Positions 37,621 through 48,339 of a stretch of 64,000 nt of DNA are shown here, piece by piece (the first letter of the stretch is position 1; each line of letters begins with the position of its first letter). Under the pieces are notes generated by a model that was not told where the DNA came from, did no database searches, and saw nothing but the letters and a program-made list of their open reading frames with translations. The translations under genes were made by a program, and so were the position numbers. The stretch covers positions 180,606,001 through 180,670,000 of the forward strand of contig NC_082710.1 in assembly GCF_030144855.1 (NCBI RefSeq), in the 5' to 3' direction. This DNA is from Hypanus sabinus. Its lineage: Eukaryota.

Positions 37621-38439
37621 TGCATTTGGAGTCATGTCGATGAGTGAGGCTTTGGATGTGGGTTAGTTGGTTGGGTGACGGTGGGTCAGTGGAGGCCCCA
37701 CAGTTGTAATCCATTCGCGGAACACTATGAAAGCAGTGGTGATCGCTGATCGGGTTTCAATTCCCACCATTGTCTGCAAGGCATCTGGAGGGTCTTCCTG
37801 GGACCACCCGAGTTTCCTTCAGCATTCCTCCAACATTCTAAGGACGTTCAGGTCAGAGATGCTAAGCTGTGGGCATGCTATGTTGAAACCTTAGGGTGGA
37901 TGATACCTTTGGGCTGTCCCCAGTGCAGTTATTGAAATGTGTTGGTCATTGACGCAGAAGAAAAGGCTTGTGTTTCGATGCGTGTATGACAAATGAGGCC
38001 AATCCTAAAAAAGAATCATTCCCTCTGGAGAGAACGTTGTTTCCATTCAAAATCCAGGGTGCAGAGTTAATTGTCCAGCCTCAGCTGTTGTGTCACACAA
38101 GAGGATGTTTAAATGTGCAGTTCTGGTGTCGAACACGGGATACACATCAGCATTTTTGTCCATGAGTGTCTGTCAGCACCAGTCTGACCACTTTGCAATT
38201 TCTGGGTATTTATTCGTGATTTATTTCATCAGCTGCACTGTTGGTCCCCAGCTACCATTGTGAGATTTTCTCACTCTGAATTATCCTCTGAACCATCAGG
38301 TGTTTAGCATTCTGATATTTAACATGCAGGTGAAACAAACAATGACTTGCAGCATTACAAATTAAATCCTTCAGTTTATCAGTAGTTGGTTTCTATGCTG
38401 CATCTGGTCTGATTTCAGAAGCACTTTCCCTGGCGAATT

Positions 38440-38846
38440 CATTTCAAAGCCTTCTAATACAAACCATTGTGTAATGCTTTGTAATTGCGTGCGCTGGCTT
38501 TCTGACCTGTTGGTATAATTTATTCCAAAGCCTGTTATTACAAACCATCATGTAATGCTATGTCATTGCGCGTGCTGGCTTTCTGGCCTGTTGGTGTAAT
38601 TCATTCCAAAGCCTGCTATTACAAACCATCCTGTATCGTTTTGTCATTGTGTGTGCTGGCTTCCTCACCCATTGGTATAATTCATTCCAAAACCCGCTAT
38701 TACAAACCATCATGTAATGCTTTGTCATTGCGTGCGCTGGCTTTCTGACCTGTTGGTATAATTCATTCCAAAGCCTGCTATTACAAACCATCATGTAATG
38801 CTTTGTCATTGTGTGTGCTGGCTTTCTGACTTGTTGGTATAATTCA
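38440..38846. repeat. 81-bp tandem repeat, about 5 copies
   Basis: AAACCAT recurs at 38461, 38542, 38623, 38704 and 38785. Confidence 0.95.
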
Positions 38847-38859
38847 TAAATAAATAAAT

Positions 38860-39133
38860 AGGCAAAAATGTTATTGATTTATTTGAAGCTTGCAGGATCT
38901 GAAAGGACACTTTGGGGTTTTTTATTCAAAAGGCCAACAGTTCAATAAGCATACGTGCCTGCTTTTAATTAACAGAATATTGGTAGATCAAAGAGGGATA
39001 ACTGTGTTTATTACTTCTCGATCAGGACTGGAAAGGTAACTTCTTGAGGCAAGTACAAATATCACTCCGGTTGTGTCAGTTCAGTCCGGTGGGAATTTCA
39101 GGCAATTGGAAAATCTGCCCTTGGGATCCTCAG
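38860..39133 (-). CDS. Candidate terminal exon of the VJ-C1 gene (1 coding nt, TGA, 3' UTR)
   Basis: Branch-like CTGAT, tract tcactctctctttcAG (AG at 39135-39134), then C TGA. Joined to the phase-2 donor at 47450 it gives ACC TGA. AATAAA at 39012-39007, 38926-38921 and 38883-38878. Confidence 0.5.
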
Positions 39134-39989
39134 CTGAAAGAGAGAGTGACTTCAAAAGATCAGACATGAAGCAACCTCACAAACACAAGACTGAATGACA
39201 TTGTACCTGTGTTACAAACGACTGATTTACGAATCATAGCATGATCCCCTTAAATTTAAGGCACTGTCTCGCTCTCTCGCTGTGTATGTGTGTCTCTCTC
39301 TCTCTCTCCCCCTCTCCTTTCTCTCTTTCTACCCCTCTCTCCCCCCTCCTCGTCTCCTTCCCTCTCTCTAAACCTTTCTCGAAAATTAGAAGCAATTCTG
39401 AGATCTTTTCAATGAAGGCCTAAACCCTGGGGAAGGTGTGAAGGAGCAGGACTGGAATCGGAGAGGGGAACAAACTGTTTTCTTCAGAGCAGGGAAGGCT
39501 AATGAGAGATCTGACAGAGCTCTTCAGAAACATACTGGTGCTCTCTTGGTTGCAAAGGCAGAGGAACAACAGAAGGCTGAGAGATGAGGTGGAAAATCGT
39601 GTCAGAGAGCCCGAGAGTTATAGAACTATGAAGCATGGAACTCATCCATGGCAAATTTGCGAAGAGCCTAACTAATCTACACAGACGGAATAAACAGCTG
39701 GTAGTTCAGGCTGAGACTCTTCATCAGGCCGAGTGTCTTTGTCTGTTTGTTTATTCTTCTCCATAGTTGCTTCCTGGCCTGCTGGGTTCCTCCAGCACAC
39801 TGTGTTTGTTGCTCTAGGCTGCCAGCATTTGCAGAAACTCTAGCATTTATGTCCAACTAATTGCCAGCCTTCGGCCCATATCCTTCCAAACGTTTCCAAT
39901 CCCCGTGACTGTCTGAATTCCTAATGATTTCCTCCATCAATTACTCTGGCAGCTTGTTCTGTATACTCATGCTCTGTGTGAAAAGGTTT

Positions 39990-42900
39990 TCACCTCTGAT
40001 CTTAAATCCAAATGGAGATATTTTAGTCATGGAGTTATACAGCATGGAGACAGGCCATTTGGCCCAATGGGGCCATGCTGACCATAGCATCCTCCCTGCT
40101 TGTCCTGGTTGTCCTTCTTCAGGCCATTTAGGCCCTTCCCTCCATTTCGGTATTCAAATGTCTTTAAATGTTGCAACCATACATGTTGCCACTTGCTCTG
40201 GCAGCGCATTCCAGGTACCCAATGTAAATAAGTTACTTCTATCATCTAATATCTGTGTCCTCTAGTTTTCAACTTCCCCAACCCTGAGAAAAATTATCAA
40301 TATTCTTCATAAGTTTAAAACTTCTTGGAAGTCACTTCTCATCCGCCTATGACCCAAGGAATTAAAGATTCAGTATGGCCATGTTCTCCCTACATCTCAT
40401 TTGCTCTAGTCTAGGCGGTATCCTTTTATATTCCTCCTACACCCTCTGTGGCTTGACAATATCTTTGCTATAGCAGGGTGACAAAAACTGTACATGATAC
40501 TCAAAGTGGGGTCTCATAATGATGTATAATTGCAACATAAAGCTCCTGCTCCTAAAGTTAACGCCCTGACTGACAAGGCTAGCTTGCTAAATGCCTTATT
40601 CACCAACCCGTCTCTGTGCACGGCCGCTTTTATCACACTGTGTACTTGTCCCTCTGCTCCACAATAATCGTCAGTGCCCTGTATAGGTCATACCCTGGTT
40701 TGAACGCCCAAGGAACATTATCTCGCAGTTAAAATCAATTTGCCACTGTTAGCCCATCTTCATATCTGATCAGCCTCTCTTTACAACTTGCTTCACAATC
40801 AACAAAACCCCCTAACACAGTGTCAGCAAACTTGCTAATGGTGCCATGTACTGTACATTTGCATTGAAATCCAAGCAAAGAATAACAAAGGTCCTAACAA
40901 TACCCCACTAGTCACAGGCCTCCGGCTGGAGAATCAACCATCAAGCATCACCCTCCGCTTCTGACCATTCAACCAATTTTAGGGAGTAAGTTAGAAAGCT
41001 GAAAATCAGGACCTCCAGGGTAGTAACCTCTGGATTACTGCCCCTGCCATGCGAAAGTGAGGGTAAGACTAGGATGATTTGGCAGATGAATGTATGGCTG
41101 AGAAACTGCTGCAGGGGGCAGGGTTTCTGATTTCTGAATCCTTGGGATCTTTACTGGGGAAATTTATGACTTGTACAAAAGTGAACTGTTACACCTGAAC
41201 CCAAGGGAGACCAATATCTCCGAGGGCAAGTTCGCTAGAGATTTTCTGGAGGGTTGATGCTAGTTTGGCAGGGGTATGAGAACCAGAATGATAGTGCTGA
41301 GTATAGAGTAGTTGGCTTACAAACAGAGGCAGTGTGTAGTGAAACTTCTACAAAGGAGAGGCTGACAATAGGGCAAAATTGCAGTCAACAGTATGAGTTG
41401 TGGTGGACAAAGTCAAAAGGGGTGAGTTCAGGAATGAAGATTTTATATTTAAATGTGCACAGTGTATGGAATAAGGTAGATGAACTTGTTGCAGAATTGC
41501 AGTTAGGATGTTGTGGCCATCATGGAATCATGGCTGAAGGAAGATTATAGCTGGGAGTTTAACATCCAAGGATACACATTGTATTGAAAGCACAGGCAAA
41601 TAAGCAAAGAGGGTGGCTCACTCTGTTGGTTAAAAAAAAGAAATTACATCATTCGAAAAAGGTGACACAGGGTTGGAAGGTACCGAATTGTTGTGGGTAG
41701 AGCTAAGGAACTGCAAGGGTAAAAATGCCCTGATGGGAGTAATATACAGTCCCCAAACAGTCATAAGGAGATGATCTCCAAATTACAATGGGAGCTAGAA
41801 AATGTATATCAGAAGGGGAATGTTAAAATAGTCATGGGGGATTTTAATAGGAGGTAGATTGGGAAGATCAGGTTGGTGCTGGATCGCAAGAGGGAGCCTT
41901 TAATCCCTCTTGGTTCCTTGAATGCCAATGAGATGGCTTTTTAGAGCCCACAAGGGGATCACCTATTCTGGATTGATTGTTGTGCAATGAATTGGAATTG
42001 ATTGGAAAGCTTAAGGCAAAGGGACCCCTTAGGGGCAAGAGATCATAATATGATACAATTCACCCAGAAAACTGAGAAGGAGAAGCTAAAGTCAGATATA
42101 TCAGTATTACAGAAGCATGAGAGAGGAGCTAGCTAAAATTGATTGGAAAAGGATACCTGACACGGGTGACAGTAGAACAACAATGGCTGAAATTTCTGCA
42201 GCAATTTGGAAGCTGCAGGATATATACATCCCTAAGAGGAGGAAGGGAAAGATGACACAACAGTGGCTAACAAGGAAAGTCAATGCCAACATAAATTCAA
42301 AGAGAGGTCATACAATAGAGTGAAAAGTAATGGGAAGTTAGAGGATTGGGAAGGTCTTAAAAACCAACAGAAGACAACTAAAAAGTCAAAATGAAAAAAA
42401 TGAAATGCAAAAGTAAGCTAGCCAATAATATTAAAGAGGATAACAAAAGATTCTTCAGATGCATAAAGTGCAAAAGAAAGGCAATAGTGGATATCAAAAT
42501 TCTGGGGAGGTAGTAATGCGAGACTAAGAAGTGGCAGATGAACTACAGAAGTGTGCTGGAAGTTCAAAAGTTCAAGAAGGATGAAGTGTATGAAGTTGTC
42601 ATTATAAGGTAGAAGGTTCTTGTGAAACCAAAAGGTCTGAAGGTAGATATATCAACTGGACCAGTTGGTGTACACAACAGGGTTTTGAAAGAGGTGGCTG
42701 AAGAGATTGTAGGGGGATTAGAAAAGATCTTTCAAGATTGAGGAATTGTTCTGGAAAACTGGAAAATTGCAAATATCATTCCAATCTTCAAGAAGGGAGA
42801 AAGGCAGCAGAAAGGACATCATAGGCCAGTCTGATCTGGAGTTGATTGTTAAGGATGTAGTATCATGGTACTTGGAGGCACATGATAAAATAGGGTGTAG

Positions 42901-43057
42901 TCAGTATGGATTCCTTGAGGGGAAATCCTGCTTGACAAATATGAAGGAATTCTTTGAAAAAATATTAAGCAGGATAGACAATGGATAATTGGTGGATGTC
43001 GTGTACTTGGATTTTCAGAAGGCCTTTGGCAAAATATCACACATCGGCTGCTTAACA
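39990..43057. mobile_element. Old CR1 fragments (minus about 39990-40980; plus about 40990-43057)
   Basis: Degenerate esterase, APE and RT motifs (KILYLNVHSV.NKVDEL, VDVVYLDFQKAF). Confidence 0.7.
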
Positions 43058-43690
43058 AGTGTGGCCTTTTATATATTGGTGAGACCCGACGCAGACTGGG
43101 AGACTGTTTCGCTGAACACCTACGCTCAGTCTGCCAGAGAAAGCTGGATCTCCCGATGGTCACACATTTTAATTCCACGTCCCATTCCCATTCTGATATG
43201 GCTATCCATGGCCTCCGCTATTGTCAAAATGAATCCAAACTCAGGTTGGAGGAACAAATCCTTATATACCGACTGGGTAGCCTCCAACCTGATGGCATGA
43301 ACATTGACTTCTCTAACTTCCGTTAATGCCCCTCCTCCCCTTCTTACCCCATCCCTGGCATATTTAGTTGTTTGCCTGTTCTCCATCTCCCTCTGGTGCT
43401 TCCCCCCCACTTCTTTCTCCCAAGGCCTCCTGTTGCATGATCCTCTCCCTTCTCCAGCTCTGTATCACTTTCGCCAATCACCTTTCCAGCTCTTAGCTTC
43501 ATCCCAACCCCTCTGGTCTTCTCCTATCATTTTGCATTTCCCCCTCCTCCCACTACTTTCAAATCTCTTACTATCTTTCCTTTCGGTTAGTCCTGACGAA
43601 GGGTCTCGGCCCGAAACGTCGACAGTGCTTCTCCTATAGATGCTGCCTGGCCTGCTGTGTTCCACCAGCATTTTGTCTGTGTTGTTGTTT
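43058..43690 (+). mobile_element. Penelope-like element 3' part: GIY-YIG endonuclease C-terminus, pyrimidine tract, terminal repeat with hammerhead
   Basis: 43060-43326 reads without stops CGLLYIGETRRRLGDCFAEHLRSV...THFNS...LEEQILIYRLGSLQPDGMNIDFSNFR*. The ORF track misses this frame. Confidence 0.9.
43590..43623 (+). ncRNA. Minimal type I hammerhead ribozyme motif
   Basis: GTC-CTGACGA-A-GGGT(CTCG)GCCC-GAAA-CGTC-GAC: intact CUGANGA and GAAA boxes, stem II, palindromic ACGU stem III, stem I GTC/GAC. Predicted cleavage after C43620. Confidence 0.75.
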
Positions 43691-45420
43691 GAATGGCTTT
43701 GCTAGTTTGGATGTCGTGAGGATGTTTCCTATGGTGGAAGAATCTAAGACCAGAGTCTGAGAATAGATGAGTGTCCTTTTATAAGGGAGAGGAGGACGAA
43801 TTTCCTCAGCCACAGAAGGGCGAATCTCTGGAATTCATTGCCACAGGTGGCTGTGGAGGCCAAGTCATTGGGTATATTTAAGGCAGAGGTTGATAATTTT
43901 GTCAGGGTGTGAAAGAATATGGGGAGAAAGTGAGAGGTTGGGGCTGAGAGGGAAAATGGATCAGTCATGATGAAATGCTGGAGCAGACTCAATGGGCCAA
44001 ATGGCTTAATTTTGCTACTATACCTTCTGGTCTTATGGTCCAGTTCTGAATCTACCCCTGCTCATAATGGAAGATGTTGTTCTAGCCTGACCCCTCTGTT
44101 TGCTAAATAGGTTCTTTTTATTTATTGAATTGGGTCTGTTTGTTGCTCTTTCTGACACTAACTCATTGGCAGATAATATTGGAAGTAAAGGCACTAAGTG
44201 ACTTTAATACAACAATAACATGATAAAATAGGCCAACGTCAGCACGAGTTACTTCCAAGAAAATCGGTGGAAGTTGACTAATTAGATTTGCAGAAAGACT
44301 TTGAGCATGTGCCACCCATGAGGCTGCTTAACAAGATAAGAACCAATGTATTTCAGGGCAGATACTGGCATGGCTAGAAGATTGGCTGACTGACAGCAGG
44401 AAGAACGTGGGAATAAATGGGGCCTTTTTTTTGGTTGGCTGCTGGTAACAAGTGAGCCCGCAGGGATCGGTGTTGGGACAGCTTATTTTCACATCATACA
44501 TGATTTGGATGCCAGAATTGAAGGCTTTGTGGACAAGTTTGCATACTATATGAAGATAGATGGAGGTGCAGTTAATGTTGTGGAAGCAGAGAGTTGGCAG
44601 AAGAACTTAGACAGATTGGCAGAATGGGCAAAGAGTGTATGGAGGTGTATATTCATGCCTTTTGACAGGAAGAATAAAGGTGTTGACTATTTTCTAAACA
44701 TGGAACAATTTAGAAATCAGAGTAGGAAAGGGACTTAGGAATGCCTGAAGATTAACTTGCAGGTTGAGTCAGTGGTGCGGAGGGCAAATTCAATTTTAGC
44801 ATTCCTTTCGAGAATATAAAATATAAAAGCAAATGTGTAATGTGTAAGACAGTTGTTAGACTGTAGTAGTAGTAGTAGTAGGCCTCCGTTAGACTCGATA
44901 GACAATGGATTTGCACCTTGGAAAGTCTCCAGGGCGCAAGCCTGGGCAGGGTTGTATGGAAGACCGGCAGCTGTCCAAGCTGCAAGTCTCCCCTCTCCAC
45001 GCCACCGATGTTGTCCAAGGGAAGGGCATTAGGATCCAAACAGCTTGGCACAAGTGTTAGACTATATGGGGTATTGTGAGCAGTTTTGGACCCCATATCT
45101 AAAGCAGAATGTGCTATCATTGGAGACGGTCCCGAGAAGGTTCATGAGAATGACCCCAAAAATGAAAGGGTTAACCTGGGAATGTTCTGGGCCTGTACTT
45201 GCTATAACCTAAGAGACAAATGAGGAATCTCATTGAAACCAATCGAATATTGAAACGGCTAGACATAGTGGACTTGCAGAGGATGTTTCCTGTAGTGACA
45301 GAGTCTAGGGCCAGACGGAACAGCCTCAAAATACAAGGCTGCCTCTTTAGAATAAGATGAGCAGAAGTTTTTTTAGTCAGAGGGTGACAAATCTGTGGAA
45401 TTCATAGCCACACAGCTGTG
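43690..45420 (+). mobile_element. CR1 fragments (about 43690-44040 and 44280-45420)
   Basis: CR1 3' UTR at about 43960-44030 and RT remnants (LDLQKDF..VP..RLLNK, FAYYMKI). Confidence 0.7.
44863..45054 (-). mobile_element. Short retroposon 3' end with (TAC)n tail, probably RTE-related
   Basis: (TAG)n on the plus strand at 44863-44881. Exact 9-bp TSD TGTTAGACT at 44854-44862 and 45055-45063. The RTE assignment is recollection only. Confidence 0.65.
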
Positions 45421-45604
45421 GAGATTGACGGATTGCCGATTAGTAATTACTGTAATTTGAGAGGGAGAAGCATAACGCACATGTATCTGTTACAAAGCCA
45501 TAGCTTTCGTTTTTCTGTGGACTGTCTCTTTAAGCGAGTGCCGAAAGGAAGTGGGACTATGACGTCATGTCACAGGCTGACAGAGTTAACTGTGAACTTA
45601 ACTG

Positions 45605-45631
45605 GAAGAGAGAGAGCGATCTGCAGTCAGT

Positions 45632-45666
<35 letters not shown>

Positions 45667-46134
45667 TCTGCAGTCAGTCTAGAGAGAGAGAGAGAGAGCG
45701 ATCTGCAGTCAGTCCCTCAGTCCAGAGAGAGCGATCAGNNNNNNNNNNNNNNNNNNNNNNNNNNNNNNNNNNNNNNNNNNNNNNNNNNNNNNNNNNNNNN
45801 NNNNNNNNNNNNNNNNNNNNNNNNNNNNNNNNNNNNNNNNNNNNNNNNNNNNNNNNNNNNNNNNNNNNNNNNNNNNNNNNNNNNNTCTGCAGTCAGTCAG
45901 CCTAGAGAGAGAGAGCGATCTGCAGTCAGTCCAGTCGAGAGAGAACGATCTGCAGTCAGTCTAGAGAGAGAGAGAGCGATCTGTAGTCAGTTAGTCCAGA
46001 GAGAGCGATCTGCACAGTCTAGAGAGAGAGAGAGAGCGATCTGTAGTCAGTTAGTCCAGAGAGAGCGATCTGCAGTCAGTCAGTCTAGAGAGAGAGAGAG
46101 AGCGATCTGTAGTCAGTTAGTCCAGAGAGAGCGA
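45605..46134. repeat. Minisatellite (AG)n-CGATCTG(C/T)AGTCAGTC
   Basis: The unit repeats more than ten times on both sides of the first gap. Confidence 0.9.
45739..45885. other. Assembly gap (147 N)
   Basis: Run of N. Confidence 1.
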
Positions 46135-46334
46135 NNNNNNNNNNNNNNNNNNNNNNNNNNNNNNNNNNNNNNNNNNNNNNNNNNNNNNNNNNNNNNNNNN
46201 NNNNNNNNNNNNNNNNNNNNNNNNNNNNNNNNNNNNNNNNNNNNNNNNNNNNNNNNNNNNNNNNNNNNNNNNNNNNNNNNNNNNNNNNNNNNNNNNNNNN
46301 NNNNNNNNNNNNNNNNNNNNNNNNNNNNNNNNNN
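46135..46334. other. Assembly gap (200 N)
   Basis: Run of N. Confidence 1.
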
Positions 46335-46419
46335 GACACCACTTATGTGTTAACCCTTGCCTGGGTATGTGGTGTGGTTATTCACTTGAAGATGATATCC
46401 CTGTGACTAGTTACTTTCG

Positions 46420-47345
46420 CATGTATGCGAATTAGTTTAAACACTTACTAACAGCTCTATCAAATGTGCCCCAGTGATCCAGGAATCTGAAGCCCTGCCC
46501 CCTACACCAGTCCCTCAGCCATACATTCATACGCCTGATCATGCTGTTCTTGCACCCGCTTGCACGTTTCACAGGCTGCAATCCTGGCATTACTATCATA
46601 TGCCTGTCAGCTTCCTACCCAACTCCCTGAATTCTCTGTTCAGGACCTCCTCGCTTTTTCTACCAGTGTCATCAGTACCAACGTGTACCAAGACTTCTGA
46701 CTGGTCACCCTCTCCCTTCAGAATACTCTACACCCGATCCGAGACATCCCGTAACCTGGGAGGCAACACACCATGTGGGTATCTCTATCAGGCTGACAGA
46801 GCCTCCTGTCTGTTCCCCTCACTATGGAATCCACTCTGACTACCGCATTTCTCATCTTCTTCTCTCCCTTCTGCACCACGGAACCAGGCTCAGTGCCAGA
46901 GACCCGATCACTGTGGTCATCCTCTGTCAGGGTCACCCCCCTCAACAGCATCCAAAACAAGATAACGATGACTGAGGGGGATGGCCACAGGGGTGTTCTC
47001 TACTATCTGAGCTCTTCCCATCCTTAACCGTCACCCACTTATCTAACTCCTGCAGCCTCGGGGTGACTAATTCCCCGTGGCTCCTCTCTATCTCCTGTTT
47101 ACTCTCCCTAATAAACTGTAGGTAATCGAGCGGCAGATCCAGATATTTAACACGGTCCCTCTTTCCAAATAACTCGGGTCCTCCGCCAGGCAATTTTTTT
47201 CTGCACTCCCTTCAACCTTATTTACATCCTTTCTGTAGGTAGTTTACCAAAACTGTACACAATACTCCGAATTCGGCCCCACAACTTCAACATAACATCC
47301 CCTCCCCTGCACTCAATTCTTTGATTTATGAAGGACAATGTGCCA
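46420..47345 (-). mobile_element. CR1 fragments (ORF1 esterase about 46420-47150; RT piece about 47200-47345)
   Basis: DSIVRGTDRRLC...VCCLPG in ORF 46718-46960. GCTTTTGGCACATTG..CTTCATAAATCAAAG CR1 motif near 47320-47350. Confidence 0.75.
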
Positions 47346-47449
47346 AAAGCTTTTTTTTATGCCATCTTTGTCCGACAGAACTGACAGAAGGCCGGGCCTG
47401 TCTTACTTTCTCACGGCCAACAGCAGCTTCAGTAGGGGTGTCCACTTAC

Positions 47450-47753
47450 GTCAGATGGAAGCGCCTCTCTCCAGGATAGGAGAGGGACTCGTGTCCCACC
47501 ACGCAGACGTACGCGCGCGAACGGCTCACATTGGACAAGGGTATGGTCATCTGACTCGCCGTGCTGTAGGTCCCGATCGAGTCCGACACCACCGGGAAGT
47601 TGGTGACCCCGACCCGCTCCGGCACACCACGGTCCGTCCTCCAGCTCACGTAAATATCGGCCGGGAAGAAGCCGGACACGTAACAAACTAGTGTCACTTT
47701 CTGCTCCGACTCCACTTTCAAGGCGGAGATTGTTGGCGTCCGCCGTTTCTGCT
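47450..47753 (-). CDS. Ig C1-set domain exon 3 of the VJ-C1 gene
   Basis: Acceptor ttttatttccctcgccaacAG. Phase-1 entry gives EQKRRTPTISAL...VTLVCYVSGFFPADIYVSW...YVCVVGHESL...RRFHLT. Ends at AC|GTAAGT (phase 2). If unspliced, ACG TAA stops at 47446. Confidence 0.9.
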
Positions 47754-48339
47754 CTGTTGGCGAGGGAAATAAAACAGTTAATGCATTGGAGCCAAAGGTC
47801 CGATTCGTGCTGAGATTTACTCATCAATCTGAAAACTTGGTCAGTCCTCACTGTCGCCTACCTTTTGCGACGCAGTTCTGCCCTTTGCTACCATGCCCAC
47901 TATTTTACCGGTTGAAGTGAATAGAAGACGGACTCGCCTCGTGTAAAACTTTGGCAGTCTCCAGGAGTGAAACAGGGCAGACTAATTCTAATGAAAGGTC
48001 ATCATCCCGAAACAGCAACCGTTTCTCTCTCCACATGCGTTGCCTGCCTAGCTAGGCGTATATTTCCTAGGTACACCAGTACACCTGTTCGTTAATGCTA
48101 ATGTCTACTCAGCCAATCATATGGCAGCAATTCAGCGCATAAAAACATCCCGACATGGTCAAGAGTTTCAGTTACAAACAAGAGAAAATCTGCAGATGCT
48201 GGAAAATCCAGGCAACACACACAAAAAGCTGGAGGAACTCAGCAGGCCAGGGTTTCAGCCCAAAACGTCGACTGTACATTTTTTTGTCCTAGATGCTGCT
48301 GATCTGTGAGTTTCTCCAGCATTTTGTATGTGTTGTTAA

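Noticed and set aside
35940-37714. Long Cys/Val-rich and His/Thr/Pro-rich ORFs
   Set aside because: Translations of the TG-rich minisatellite.
36005-46134. Repeat arrays as CRISPR-like or Ig switch regions
   Set aside because: There are no unique spacers between repeat units, the DNA is eukaryotic, there is no AGCT/WGCW enrichment, and there is no second constant-region set to switch to.
45418-46353. 311-aa ORF with RE repeats
   Set aside because: Artefact of (AG)n repeats and N-gaps.
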